Source: Balanoglossus misakiensis | Lineage: Eukaryota > Animalia > Hemichordata | Length of the DNA stretch: 64,000 bases | Assembly (NCBI GenBank): GCA_040954595.2 | Contig: CM082587.2 | Coordinates: 5,010,206-5,074,205, forward strand | Direction of reading: 5' to 3' | Shown: positions 12,378 through 27,300 of the stretch, in pieces | Position numbering within the stretch: position 1 is the first letter of the stretch | Layout: every line of letters starts with the position of its first letter | Made by a program: the position numbers and the translations under genes | The notes under the pieces: generated by a model | Seen by the model: only the letters and a program-made list of their open reading frames with translations | Told to the model about the DNA's origin: nothing | The model's database searches: none

Positions 12378-15300
12378 CTATCCGGAACTGAGGTTGTCGA
12401 AATCCTCAAAATTTGACGTGTCCACAATCTGCGCCTGCCGGGGAATCCCGGAATCTTCCGAGTTCTCCGTGTTCTCGTCGTCCGAGAAACTGATATGCAG
12501 CCGGGTGTCCGCCAGTTTCATTTTGGCGGGACTTTGCAACGTCGACGACGTGCTCAGGTTGGACGTGGCCGCGCTCAGGTCGATCAGGTTGTTGGCGTCG
12601 ACGACCTCGCCGTTCTGGCTCGTCAGCACGATCTCCTTGTTGCTTTTTATGTTGAAGTCGTTCTCGTCAAAGGTGTACACCGTCTTTTCGGTCACGTTGC
12701 GGTTGATCTCGTCGCCGGGCGTGACGTCGCTCATCGGCCCGTTGCTATCCGACGACGTCATGGTCATGGTCGCCCCGCTGTCTATAGTACTATCAGGCGA
12801 ATTCTCAGCACTGGCAAAGTTCATGTTATCCTTCGTCAAACTGTCCCTCTGGGCGGGGCTCCGCGATCCGAACAGCTGGAGATCAAGCTTGTTCGACGTC
12901 GCGTCTTGCATTCCGACAGGTAGAATAACTCGCAGGTTAGTGTTCAGGTCCTCTTCAGTGAAACATTTACTCTGATTCAGATCCATCTCCATGTCGCGGC
13001 TCGAATGTTCAGAATTGTAGATGTTCAGCTTCTTCAAGTTCTCCGTCAAGTCGTCCTGCTCGATGGCGTCGGACTGCTCAAAGTTAGTATTTTCGCTGGT
13101 CGTGCTCGGTGTCCCCTCCACGTTGTAGTTCACCATGGTGTTCTCCTGGGAGAAACCGATGACCGTGTTCTCGAACATCGAATTCCGCATGGGGTCGCTG
13201 GGGAACGTCTGCTCAATGGAGGAGAAGTCCGGCATGTAGGGAGGCTCCGGCATGGGCGTGGTGGGATCGACGAGCACCGGAATCTGGTGCTGCATCTGGT
13301 AGGGGGTGGAGCTCTCGCCGGCTCCCTGCATGGAGAGCAGTCGGCTCTCCAGGTCTTGCAGCTGGTAGATCAGCTGCTGCTGGGTCTGGATGAGCTCGCG
13401 GTTCTGCAGCAGAAGGTGGTGCACTCGCGCCTGTAAGACAAGACAAGAAACGAACGAATCAAGGCAGAATCACAATGCTGTGTTCACTGCTAATTCATTA
13501 GCGAGACAAATGTCTCCCACTAGTGTAAGAAATCTTATCCCAGGTCCTTGGAGTGAATAGTGGTGTGTGTGTGTGGGGGGGGGGGGAGTGACAATCTTAG
13601 TCCAACATGGTAGGTGAGTGTTTGTGTGTGCCTGTGGTTGGAGGAAAGCAGGTGTCTATGGTGAGGACAGCGGTTTACACACACATACACACACACACAC
13701 ACACAAGAGAGTCTGCAGGTGATGAAACACTCTGAAACATTCTGTAGTGTTTTGAAACGAGAGCTGGTGGCGTCTTAGACAGACATTCTGTTCATGGCGT
13801 CTTGCACCGAGAACACCCGCTGTTACACCAGTACATACCTGCGCCTCAATCCTCGCCGCGGTCTCGGCGGCCAGCTGGTCTTTCAGCAGATGCACCTGCG
13901 CCACGGCCACCTGCGTCTGTTGCTGCTGCTGCTGCAGCTGTTGGTGCAGCAACTGTTTCTGGTGGTACATGCTGAGGGAGCTGCCCTGCATCTCTCCTTC
14001 GGCCGTCAGCAGCATCGGCGAGGTCAAAGGTGACGACAGCATCATACCTTCCAACTGTAAAAATAAGATGTTTTCAGTTACCTTCAATATCGAGACATGA
14101 AAGGGCCAAGTATTTTCACAGATCAGACTCAAAAAGAAGTAAAAATCTGGAATGTTTTTTAATATCTGACCTGGGACGGTCTCGGTGTTTGTTTCAAGGC
14201 ATCCAAGTCTGTGGCTCTGCCGGAGGCGAATGCATTCACGCTAGCGGGCGACATCATGGAATTTGTGGCCATATCATCTTCCGCATCGATGTCCGTTTCC
14301 TCGGGATGGTCGTCCGGCAGACCGCCATCTGCAGACCGTGCTGCCGCTGCAGATTTGAAAACAGAGAATTGTGATCAGACATTTAACAAGCATGAACCAG
14401 TACATTTCTACTCCCTCTCAGCTCTTCAACCCCCTCCCCCCAAAAGGTGACTTCTAGGTCTAAAGTACCATAACCCCAGGTTCTCCAAAAAGTGACCCTA
14501 CAAGCCAGGTTACAATCAATGAGAGAAAAACATATCACAGTATATAAAACCAACCCTACTTCTCCTAAACAGTACCCCTATGTGATTATGAGAGTGACAT
14601 GTCCTGAGCATGACTTGCGTCATGTTGAGGTACTTACCAAGACATGAACACATACGTAAACTGTTATGCTCTGTGTTAGGGTGGGTTAGCAAGATTGTGA
14701 CGAGACAAAAATAAAATAATGAGTTAAATGTTTGAATCAAAATTAAATTTTTAGAGATGAGTAAGATATGATAAGTAGTGTGCAGTGATATAGCTAATGT
14801 GGCTATTTATACTTCATGCTGGGGGGGGGGGGTCTTGAGGGATTAAAGCAAGCTGGTCTGGGTAGAAAAGTTTGACATGAGAGAGAACTTATGAGAAAAG
14901 GAGTCCTATTACTGGGATATAATACATTGCTACGAAGACCAGATAAATGTTACTGATGCAACTGCTTTCAAGGCATTAAGATTTAACATGATAACTGAAT
15001 GCTCTTTATCTATAACCGTTTCTTTATCTCTGATAAAGTCTCGTTGGTTACAAACATTCAGATTAGATGACCTTTCTACATCAAATAAAGCACAGAAACG
15101 AGATATTCTTTGATGACTCGGCAATCACAAACAAGAACAAAATCGCAATGAATATTCCAATCAATCAGATGAAATGTTAGATGTAGACTACCGGATCACT
15201 AGAAACCATCAAATGTTTCTGAGCATTGTCATTAATCTATTTTTCTAATCTAAGTCTACAGCACATCATGCATCAGATTCTTAAATGTGATGGAGAAAAC

Positions 15301-18300
15301 CCATGATTAACCAAAATGACATTTCACCATTATCGATTGCATTGATGGGACGTTGGGGGTTGCAACAGGAGGCTGAATTTCTTTCTTAATTTATAGTTAC
15401 CTTTAACTTTCTTCTGATCCTGTTTCTCGTCACTGGCTTTGTCGCTTTCACCATCAGCTTCACCGTCAGCTGCCGCTGCTGCATGTTGCAGGCTGAGTTT
15501 GTGGCACACCTCAAAGGCTTGTCCGATGGTACGCACAATGCGCATGGCCTGGCTCTGAAAATCATCGCGAAAAATAAATGCAAATTAACTTACAATCAAA
15601 GCTAGGGTTATATATTCACCATCAACAAATGTTTTAATTGGAGGTGACCTCCAAAATACCAGTACAAGCTTTATTACTGACTCATTGGACATATGCAAAT
15701 GGCCATTTGCGGACCCCTCAATCATGAGTCCTATGCTCTAACCACTGGACTATGATGCCTCATAATATCACAATAAGGAATTCAAACAAATGAGAGACAT
15801 ACAAAGATCTCACCTTTTTATTGGACTTGAAAACGTTACATTTGAAAACATTGGTGGTGCCATCACGTGCAATGAAGCTGAATATCTTCAGATCTTGTGA
15901 ATCATGTGAAACATAGAATACCCTGAAAAATAAACAAAAGCACATTCTTAACCACCCTTGCTTTATGGGCACCCTCTAGTGGTCAAATATGATGAAAACA
16001 AAAGTTTGTGTAAATTTAATTGTATCCGTGCAACAACTCTCTTTTGTACATGACACAATGGAAAAAGAAATTTTACCTGTATATAGGATGGTGCATGATC
16101 AGTAATTTGCTTTCGTCCCAAGTCCACATTTTTTTCTGGAGGAGAGAGAAAAAATTTAACCATCAATATGACGTCTTTGCTAACACCCAACCCATAATCA
16201 AGGACTTGAAATCACTTAGTAATTATTTCTGGACTGAAGATCTTTGACGTGTTCATATCACCAGCTTTGCATACAAAACATGCAAGAACAATTGCACTGA
16301 AAGGCAGCCTTTGGAGCCCATGGCAAGCTTGGATGGTGGAACAGCTCTGGTAATTTATGTACCTTTTTCTTTTTGCGTACGTTCACTTTGACGCCATCCA
16401 CCGACACTGTGATGTTGACTTTCTTCTTCTTGATCGCTTTGGCTTTAAATTCATACTGCAATGGAGAACACATGTACCAATATGTAATTAATTGATTGTG
16501 AGTACAGACTATTATCTTTGATACACACTCCTGACCACTGGGGGTTATACATCGCCCAACTCCACTCTTGTCAAATATACATCAAACACACCTAACTCCA
16601 CATCACTAGCAGCTGCCTAACTCAACCCCCTCATGTGGATAATGAATTATCTCATCGAAAGAGCCACACAGACCATTTGTTTATAGTTGAACACTTAAAT
16701 TTTATGTCTGCATGTTTCACAGCAAAATAGACAGTCGTAATTTTTACCCTACACATTGACAGGCAGAAAGGTCGACCATGGAAATGTTATCCTGGCTGGT
16801 CTTATGTGGGCAGATACAATGTATTGAAACTGTATGCTTCATTCGCAAAACATACGTAACAAACTGCGTTACTGCATTGACTGATGGGGATTTGTATTAT
16901 ATTTTTTATGAACAATATGACGACATTGCGCAAATCAATGATGTCCAAATATGGTTACAGCGCGTTCAGTAGAATACAGAATTGGAAGAAAAAAAATCTG
17001 GTATGTTATGTTGTAGAGCTGACAGCTGTTTGCAGAATATTGAGTGCATGAATAACCGTAGCACGGATCACAGCGTCGTTCTGTCTACCAGCCGGCGAGT
17101 ATCTACCACAGAGCGACATGCATGCGTCCACAGGGCAGACTAAAACTCCTGTCCTACTCAAGGAATTGGACGAGTTAAAAATAGCAACCGCTGTATCAGT
17201 TTTTTTCTGGCAACTGAACATCTACAAAAGTCTAGAGTTTCTCTCAGGCATGGCATGCAACCTATAAATTGTGAAAAGTTATCCCTGTATTGCACGTTCT
17301 ATGCCACAAATGAAGACATCAAGTCGCTTTCATGCGATATTATTTTCATTCTTGTTGGGTTTGACAAGAAGCAGTCATTCCTGTTATTCTTTATATACAC
17401 TATAATTCGATAATGCTCTCCAAGCCATACATGTACATGCGTTGCATATGGCACGGTTTCTGAATAAATGACAACTTAAAGAATCCTTTTTATGTCAAAT
17501 TTGACATTTGGCAAGATCTACATTTTATAAGTACAATGTACATTGTAGATGGGTTTTTAATTTAGAGAACTGTCTCTAAACAGTTGTACCACTCTATTTG
17601 AAAAGTGCTACTGATAATCACTACAAATTACTTTAACCTGCAGTGAACTGCAAGTTGTACACTACGGGATGCCAGCATTGCCGGATAATCTACAACTGAA
17701 ATTGGAACTGCTGACAGAAGATAGGGTCAAGCAAATAAAAAAAAAAGAATCCCAAAGAAGGATTTCCTCTGATTGGATAAATCCATCAAGTTTGACCCAA
17801 TGAGACCTCAATTCTGCAAGCAAATTTGTAATCGCTGCGTAAGGCTGACTCGAACTCCCAAAGCACCGCCTGAAGATGCTTAATAATACGCTTTTTCGAA
17901 AAAGGACTAGCCACGGGCGTTACGCACAGAACATCTCGTTTTATTGCGTGAATGCCTTCTTGACTGACACTTGTGATTACACAAAGCACTGTATCACCGG
18001 CCATTGATTGTCAGTAAATCAGAGTGGATCAATACCTGACATCTGTTTCAGAGAGCCCTTTGCTTATTTCCATTGTGACAAGTCGGTAAATCGCGTCTAC
18101 AGCCCCCGGGTAGCCTTTCGCTCACTTCTGTGAAAGTGTACGATTCCTAGAGCTCTAGTGTACCCTAATATGTGGGAAAGCGTGTGTAAGTGTGGTTTTG
18201 ATGTCATAGCTTGGGCTGTCATCAGTCCCTGAATGTCAGTTACATCTGTTTCTCAGTTTACGTGCAGATGGGCCTACCTACATGTACACTGGAACAGGTT

Positions 18301-21300
18301 CAGGTCATAGGTCAAACAGGACAGAAGTCAAAGTTTGGCTTTTGGCAACCCAGTGAGTGTACATACATGTATAAAAGAGGTGCCAGTTCTCATACTCCAG
18401 TGTAAGCATGTATCTTCCAGAAGCATTTGAGATCGAAATTGCTATTTTTTCTAGGAGTGGATCCTCAGGATGATGGTGATCATGTCAGATGATGATGGTT
18501 CACATGTAACACACAGATTCTTTTCATGATAACCGACCATTCACAGAAATGTAAGTGGCTAAATGCAATTTCCAGGACTTTTTAAGGATTTACCCGAGTG
18601 TGTACAAACCCTGTTTTCTCCTCCGACTGGCTGATTTCAATCACGACAAATGTCTCAGACGTAAACATTTATGCCCACGCACACCACTTACGGAAACTAT
18701 CAAAGCTTGAAATCAAGCATCATCCCCAAAGCAAGGCATCATTTATCAAAACTCCAATACGGTAATCAGAGTTTGAACCATCCCTTAAATACCAAGGTAA
18801 GTTTATAGATGCATCGATCAAGCCTGCAAGACTTTGATCAGGCCATCAACATCGCTATAAAGAAAGGGGGTAATTTACAACATGACGTTTTTAACGACGT
18901 CCCCTATTAAGGTAATGAACCACAAAATGCATAAAGGGAATGGAAACTCTTTTTATGAGTTTCAAGAAATCCACAATGGACAGGGTAGTCAAATGCAGCA
19001 CCATAAAATTCAACGGCTATCAGCAGGTTTCTTAGTCTCGGTTACCCAGACGCCTTTGCTCTTCCGATGCTCTCCAGAAAAGGGTCTGGGGAAATGCTAT
19101 TGAAAGCTTTGTAAAACAAAATGGCCGATGTCAGGATTTTGATCATCGCCTGATTGGCTGAGCTGTCAGTATGACCCGGGTCACTGCAATAGTTTTGACA
19201 ATCGTCTACCAAAGATATTTCATATAATTTCTCCAACAATGCTAACAGAGGACGCCTTTTGCCTTTCGCATCAACCAACAAGTACCGGTCTCTTGATATG
19301 AAGATACGACAAATAATCACACATTGTCGAGAGTCAGTGACCCGGGTCATACTGACAGCTCAGCCAATCAGGCGATGATCAAAATCCTGACATCGGCCAT
19401 TTTGTTTTACAAAGCTTTCAATAGCATTTCCCCAGACCCTTTTCTGGAGAGCATCGGAAGAGCAAAGGCGTCTGGGTAACCGAGACTACAGGTTTCTGGG
19501 TTCCAATCATTGCCTTCTTGTCATTAAACTAAGGTTAAACAAAACAATTCCAGCCTGACAATGTATACGGTGTTTCAATGCAACTTTGACTGAAAAATTC
19601 AAATTTTATTCTACACTGATATACATGTACCTGTATACAGATATCACACACACTGATATGTGGTCAATGCTACACATGGCTCAGGCTTCCAGGGATATAC
19701 AGATACAAATACATCCATGAAAACTAAATATTACATGTGGAGGTATGAAGCTCAACCTTCTATTCTCAGGCTCCACTTCCTAAATCACATTAACCTAAGC
19801 TCTAAATCCCACACTGACCTACTTTTTCGGCCCTATACCCTTGAGTAAATCCCCACATTCCGAGCCGCTTATCCATCTGACGAGAAAGCAATACCAGGAT
19901 CTAATCTATTTGATCCCAGCAGTCTCATGCGATTCAAAGTTCTCTGGGGTAATTTGCGCAGACAAATTACGTTTTCCCGATAATCTCAAATTCCGCCTTT
20001 TCAGGGAAAGTCACATTCCGACGGAAGGTGCAGGGGCACGGATGGATTCGACCTCGCATCTGTGCACGAATACGAGAGCCGAACTCGGAGTACGCCCTTG
20101 GAGGTTTGTCAAGATTAACTGACGCATGCAGCCGTGAAGCCCAGAGCCCAGAGACCCCAACAAACAGTAGAACAGAGAAACTTGTTCTTTTCAATCACCG
20201 TCTCTCAGCACCCCGCGCGCACGCACATTCATTGTACATCTCACCGATTACCGACAGCTCCTTTATTGGCCCAAACATGCAATCAAGCATCGCTCCTTTG
20301 TGAATGACAATCTCGGCCAAGTTTCTTTCCCCAGTGTCTTAAATATATTCCTTTGGCGGTTGTCCGCCGCAAAGAAAATCAAATACCCGACTCAATCATT
20401 TGATATAACCTTGTAATTTGTCCCACACTGAATTAGAATGGATACGAGGACATTGTCTGAAAACTCATTTCACAGCGCCCGGCATTCAATGACGCACTGT
20501 AGGACACTTGAAATTAGAAGATTACAAGGAAGATCTGTCTGATTGAAAAACACTGATGACTGAAACTTCTGTCACATAAAAGAGAGTGGGCTTGCAAATC
20601 TGTGATCACTGACAGGGCAAGTCTTAGGCATATACAATCTAAGAGCTGGCCAATACAGGCTACAATTTGTACAAGAATGTGGTTTAATTTTCGTCACCAC
20701 GCAGCACTGGGCATGGCAGGACAATATATACATCTTGCTTCGGTTGATCTCGCTTCGTGAGTTCCGGAACACGCCACAGTGGCATCGTATGGCCCAATGG
20801 CGTCTCTGCAGCAACAGGTGCAAGACAATGGAATGCCCGTAAATCACTGCAGAGTCCAGTGGTGATGTCAAGGGTAAAACTGAGAAACCAAAAGCCTACC
20901 CAAACGAGTTAATGCGCATAGATCTACAATAAGATGGGGATGACTCGAATAGTCATAAAAAAACACTCTGTGTGTGAAAAGACTGGCCAGGTTAAAAAAA
21001 AGCACCTCACAATAATGGTGTGGGCAATGCCTGTGCGTTTAACAACCCTGGAGTTTCCAGTCAAACCACAAATGGGTGTCTACTCCCAGTCGTGGGATTA
21101 CAACAGAAACCCAAGGCCAATCCGTAGAAGAACACGTAATAATCACAGCAAATGGCATCGTCGTACCATTTGAAAGGCATCGGAGTGGAACACACTTTCA
21201 CACCATGCTGACGACACCCTTTACCACCTCTTTTAACATTATGACATCATGGTTCAGTGACCGTCCTACACCGTGTTGGTATACCTTAGATTCAGGAGTG

Positions 21301-24300
21301 AGATAGTCATGTTTGCTGAATAAAGCAGTCCATCTGGAACCCAAGTTACATGTATATGTTCTGCTACCCATGGCATTAGCAGACTGCACTGATAAACAAG
21401 GGGAACCCTGGGAAAATGACCATGGAGCCTTGGTTACAAATGTACATGTAGACTGTAGCATTTACCTGGCTACCGCCATTAAAAAAACTCATGCTATACA
21501 TGTACACATAGTTTGCTACAGATACAACGTGAAATGCTAACTGTCAGATCTATCGACATGTAGCTCTGGTAATCCAGACATCACTCATGATTCGTACCGA
21601 ATTCTGGTCAAGCAACGAAAGCAATTTGGGAAAACAAGAAACGTTACATTGTTTTAAGTGGGATAAAGTACAACAAATGGTACTCTGCCTGTTTCAATCT
21701 TGCCAAGAGAGTCTTTGCAAAGTACATCGTCCAAGCAATACATCAAGCAAGTCTCAACAGAAGAGAGTACATTAAATGTGTGTCACATCCAGAATGGATC
21801 ACTGCAGGTAAACGCAAACTGCCCATCACAGGGTAATTGAACTGTGTCCCAGTCAATGTAATTTAAATAATTGAACTCAAATTACAGTGTCTAAATCCCC
21901 CTTAATGTTTATCCCCCCAGTGGGGAATGATTGTACGCAAACAGAGTGTAGATGATTGCCTCGGCTACTGTTGGGAATTACAGGGAGGGGATATACCACA
22001 TCCTTCTACAGTTTTACATTGATTAAACAGAATATGTAGCCAGGGTAAGTTTAAACTGAAGTAAAGCAGTTAAAATCATGGCAGTGTCCCTTTAAGCTCT
22101 TACATGGTATAATCACTAGGCATCTTTAGTTTTTATCAGTCGATAGCATCAGAACTGCAGAAGCATGTAATGTTCCACATCACGACTTGCAAATCCTGGA
22201 TTTTGTCGGAGAGAATCATCTTCACTATCCCCTGGAGATATCCACAGAATTCACTCTTGGGAAATGCATAATGCATTGTGACAATCAGGAATATGCAAGA
22301 AACTGCGGTATAAGGTTCCAGAGAATGACAAGTGGCTTCCGATGGAAATACCAGTACATGCATTTGTATAAAAAAATACCCATTTCCTCATAATCCCTGC
22401 ATTGAATCATTTCCACGCGTAATTCTGTTTCGGAGAAGTTCTCATTTAATAATCAAAGCCTTACCGAACATTACATGTATCACGTTTATTTCGGATTTAG
22501 AATGGAAGAAATAATTCCTACCATCAGATTCCCCAGTAAAAGTAGTCATTAAAATTGATGGAATTTTCGAAAGAATTGCTGGAAATCGTTTCATCAGGTC
22601 GGACAACTGTCACTGCAAGCCTCTCTCCGAGTATAATAGTTCCATTGAAAGCACGCATAAGAACTCCTTTCTGACTCCACCAGCTTGCCAGTTGCTGCGA
22701 GCTTTCAAGAACGTTAATTAGCATGCCTGCACAGGGCATACCCTTTCTGTGTATGTAGATGCATATAATTCAATTTTGTCGTATTGGCACACATCGCGTA
22801 CGTACGCTACAAACGATTCCCGCTCGGCTTTGAGATATTGCGGCGCACTAAAAGTAATGGGCTTGCTTCATTTACAGCCGCCACCCGCAAGCTGAAGTCT
22901 ATATTTAAACTGCACCGCATATGACGGTACCTGGTAGTTCTCGCTGCAGAATTCCGCTATCAGGGCAGGAATCTCCTTGCGAAGGGGGAAAAAATGGCAT
23001 CGAGGGGAAATGAGAAATTTCATGCTTTATTGGATATCCCCGAAGCAGGCTAGAAGAATCCGCCATATGCCTTCAGTCACAATTAACATTTAAAACGGCA
23101 GCGGCAGAAAATGGAGAACAGAAAAGTTACAGATGCACAGATGGTGTATTTGATATCGTAAAAAAAAATTCAAGAAGAAATTATCGTTGAGGATTCCTCT
23201 ATCCTCTTTTTCGAACATGGAGCGTATCGTCTGAAAATGCACTAGGAAATATGAAACGCAGCAGAGACATGCCAATCAACATTAAAGTTTCTATTTCTGA
23301 GAGACGGACGACAATTACTGAGACCCTTATTCATTGAGAATTACATACCAATGACCCCTCCTGATGAGATTAGCCGATGAATCGGTACATGTATCTACAC
23401 CAGCAGTACGTCATCGGCGATATATTGAAATGGACGGCCATTTGCATGCCTTGAAGATGGGGAATTGAACTTTCTTTTCTTACTAGACTTATCAGGATAA
23501 CACACACAGTACATCAGGTGTTGTCACTAGATCATCTTGCAAAGGATTTCCCCCAAGTACTATTGCTCGTGCAAGGACGGGCGCAAATACCACCGGTACA
23601 TGTACTAGTATGTCACGATCCGGCCATGGGGTTCAGTCATACTCAGTCATAGTCAACCTTGTTGTATGCTCAGCCGAATACCACTCAGCACCTCTAATTA
23701 TGAGTCATAGGAGTACCCGAAATGTGTACCTTGTATAGCTTTCAGAAATACAATGTAGGTCATCAGGGTAGGGGGAGGGGAACATAACATAGCATTCATG
23801 GGTCACCGAACATGAAAACGAAAGCGCTGAGGTCACACGCCCAGCAAAATGCCAAAATACAAGCACGGCCATGTACCGGCTTAGAAACTGACATCTGTCA
23901 TGTTGAAATGTACTGTACATGTACCTGAAGAATGAAATGGGCATGTGTGAGTTGAAATGTACATGTCTGTGATCTACATTACCACGGTTACTGGCCCTTT
24001 CATATTAAACAAATCAACCAGAGTTGTTGTCAAGGTGACCACGTTAAAGCTGTCAGGGGACAGCTGCAGTTTATCCCATTAGACACGGAAACGAAACACA
24101 CTTCAAAAGTTGTGTCAGCTTTTTTACTCGACTGGCAAATTACAGAAAAAAAAGATGAGGTTAAAGGTTATCCCAAACACAGCTCTGTGAAACCTATATT
24201 TTGGGCAGTGCACCAGCAAATCAACACTGTCTTATTACGGGAGCCATGTCGCGTATCTGGCCAATAATCACCAGACTGGGACCGAAGCCAAGACAAACCG

Positions 24301-27300
24301 CACGCTGAATTAGAAGGGGGTCTCAATCCCCACAAGCTGTAATTGATCAGTTCTCTCTTGAGCAATGGCACTTTGTTCATATGGGTAGGTGGTCAGCGAG
24401 TGGCGTAACGTGTGTTGATGTTATCCCAACTCGGCTGTGGAGTGGTACTGCGTGAGAAAAATCACCAGAAACACCTACATGTCCAAAACAAAACCGCTTT
24501 TGCCTTGTGATCCAAAAATTTAGCGACCCATCAATGAAATTTGCAAGAGAACCCTGCAAGCTTCCTCATTAGTGAAAATTACAGCAGAAACAACCATGCG
24601 GTTAGGAATGTCACAAAACTATTTTGGAACCCATCTGTTGAAGTTGAACACAGCTTGGCCATCAAGATAGTTCCATATGGGGATTTTCTGTTTTTTAATG
24701 ACCACAAATACATGTACATGTATATTTAGCCCAGGACATGGTGGGCAGCGTTCCTGGGAAGATTCTTGGTGCTGTCTCTCTCAGCTTAAATGACCGAATG
24801 AGCAAAGATGAACATCTTCTCTGTACGACTAATCTGTTGTGTACACAGAATCCGTGAGAAGCAAATAACCTAAAACCTTGATAGCGATGCTATCAATCAT
24901 GATGATGAAATGCGGTGGTCTTTAACAGGAAACATCTCATCTATCCTATCTGTCCCATCGCATTTAATGCTATCATGCATGCATCTGATAAGTTATCTCG
25001 TCGGCCATCTCTGTCGTATCCAACGTTTTCTTGCCATAGCTACCAACTCTATAACTTCGAAAGAAAGTTTTCAAATGAGTGTTTGTACTTCAATGAAGAA
25101 ATAGTCGTTACATGCTTCTAACATCTGTGTTATGGTGTACAGCCACGATGTTGAATGCTGAATCAGAACACAACTACACATATTCACAATTATATGGCAT
25201 GTAATATACATAATAAAGGCCAAAAATCAATATTCATTTTCCAAAAGCAGCCATTATAAATAGACTTATCTGTGGCATCAACAATGCCACGGATTAATGC
25301 AGCCTGCCATATGGTTCAGTCTTTACCCAGTGTTACAGACATCAGGAATTTTGTATCACTGGGGCCAAATTTTTCAGAGTATATTTCGCCTACACATATC
25401 CTAGTCTGGTGACGCACTTTCAGAACATCATTCCACCAGCTGTGTCCCTGGTTTGAATGCCTGAAATATGTGCTGCATCAGCAAACGTTCGCACCAAGAG
25501 CTGCTCTGCTCGCCTTCGAGTCAGTCGTCATGCCAACAGACAAAAGCTCTCCACAACCCAATTCACAGAAAGAGAAGCTGCCGACTTCCTTAAGTGGTGT
25601 GTTGATGCTCCGAGGGGGAGTCTCCATTGCAATTTACAAGAACTGACACCGAAAGCCATGATATCCGAGGAAACCCAAACTGGAACAGACACAAAAACCT
25701 CCCCCCGTTTGTTCGCCGCTCCACTGCCCGCCAAATGGGTTTCATTTACTCCCTGAAATACACACTACGCAGAATTGGCAGGATTCGAGACATGCCTAAG
25801 CTGTCTCAGTTGCCAGTCCAGTAATGAAGATTTCACACTTGCCTGGAGATTTCAGGGGACTTCTGTACACTGTACAACCGGTAATGATCAACTGGGAACT
25901 GGGATGAACCCACAGTCATATAAATTATTAGAGAGGGTTGACAATGCACCTGTTGTCAACACAAGGAGATGCAAGCACATAGCAGTAACCCTTGTTGAAT
26001 ATTTGAACGATCGAAAACCCAGCTTCCCGCTACTTAGGGTGACAGACCAATCCTATCATCTGTCACCTAGCAACAAACTACTTGATATCGGCAATGCTTT
26101 TTATGAAAATTTTAAGTGCCAGGATAAGGGACTTTTAAATGTTATTGAGTGGCTTTTAGAATAAATGATTCATGTGCAGTGTATATAAACTGAGGTTTAA
26201 CTAGAGCAATTGGACATTTTGTGGTTTGGCCTCATTCAAAATCTCAAAATGGCGAAGGCTGATAATGTAATTTCAGTGACTACAGAATTTAATTTCTTCT
26301 AACTTGGCTGCAGGCAAAATTTCATCAAAACGACCAGAGTAGATTTTCTAGCAATTTCCCATGTAATCACGCTGTTTCAAATACTATGTAAGAAGAGTCA
26401 AATCTTATGATTATGACATGCGCATTCACTCCTACAGAAGAGAAAAAAAATTAATAATTCTATTTAACTAAGAAAGAGCTCATTTAAGAAATATCACTTA
26501 CCAGTATTCTAATAGAGCATATATTCTAAATGATGAAAATCATTTGATCAAATGACCCTCACGTATCCAGTGAAATCATATGAAGTTTATTTGCGTGTAT
26601 TTCTTCTAGTGGTGAAATCAAATCAAGACATGTTTGTCTCGTAACGTCCTGGTAAAGATGCAAAAATGCGGTAAAGTTCCTTATCGTCGGTCTGTAAGGT
26701 AGTGTATTCTTCTCAGGAGATTTCATTGAATGATTGTGAAGCCCTTTTCAAGAGCCCATTAACTTTATATCAGTAGAAAAGGTGACACTGTAAATTTACT
26801 TAAAAGCCGTGATTTCCGGCACCTTTCCAGTAACCATTGAACTCTATTTGAACTGTCTGGCTATTTTCTTTTTCCCTTCAGAGATATTGATTTCAGTGTT
26901 TGCATTGAACTTAGGTGGTGTTTGGAGAGAGAGAAAGAAGCAGACAAAAAGAGGAGACATGCAAAGCACATGTTATACATCTTGTCTCAGCTTCGGACTA
27001 GTGTTGTACCCTGAGAGTATGTGAGTGAAGTAGTTGAAGTCAATACAGTACAGTAAGAATGTAAAGTTGGAAGGCAGGCTTGGATAATATAACTCTACTT
27101 CATGTACGTACAGAATCTTTCAGTCTGGGTCAAGAATAGAAGCTAAGTTTGGTGTGGTCAGACCTCAATCCAGTCTCTGACACGTGATATATCTGACACA
27201 TTGAGAACTGCCGACCCTTTCAAGTTACAGGTCATGAATACAGTTTTACTAAACTCGTTTGCCCCTAAAACTAGGGTGCTAGGCAGGTCCACACCCATGA

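Noticed and set aside
12322-13436. Long + strand ORFs (217, 142 and 143 aa)
   Set aside because: Antisense shadows of the GC-rich NOS1AP last exon; no recognisable protein features.
8751-16455. Functional pairing of the LRP-like tail with the neighbouring PTB adaptor NOS1AP
   Set aside because: The tail has no NPxY, and adjacency alone is not evidence of interaction in animal genomes.
19042-19350. 102-aa ORF inside the foldback element as a transposase remnant
   Set aside because: It runs mostly through the TIR and shows no transposase motifs.
23355-23390. CTGATGA hammerhead-like core
   Set aside because: No downstream GAAA or matching stems.
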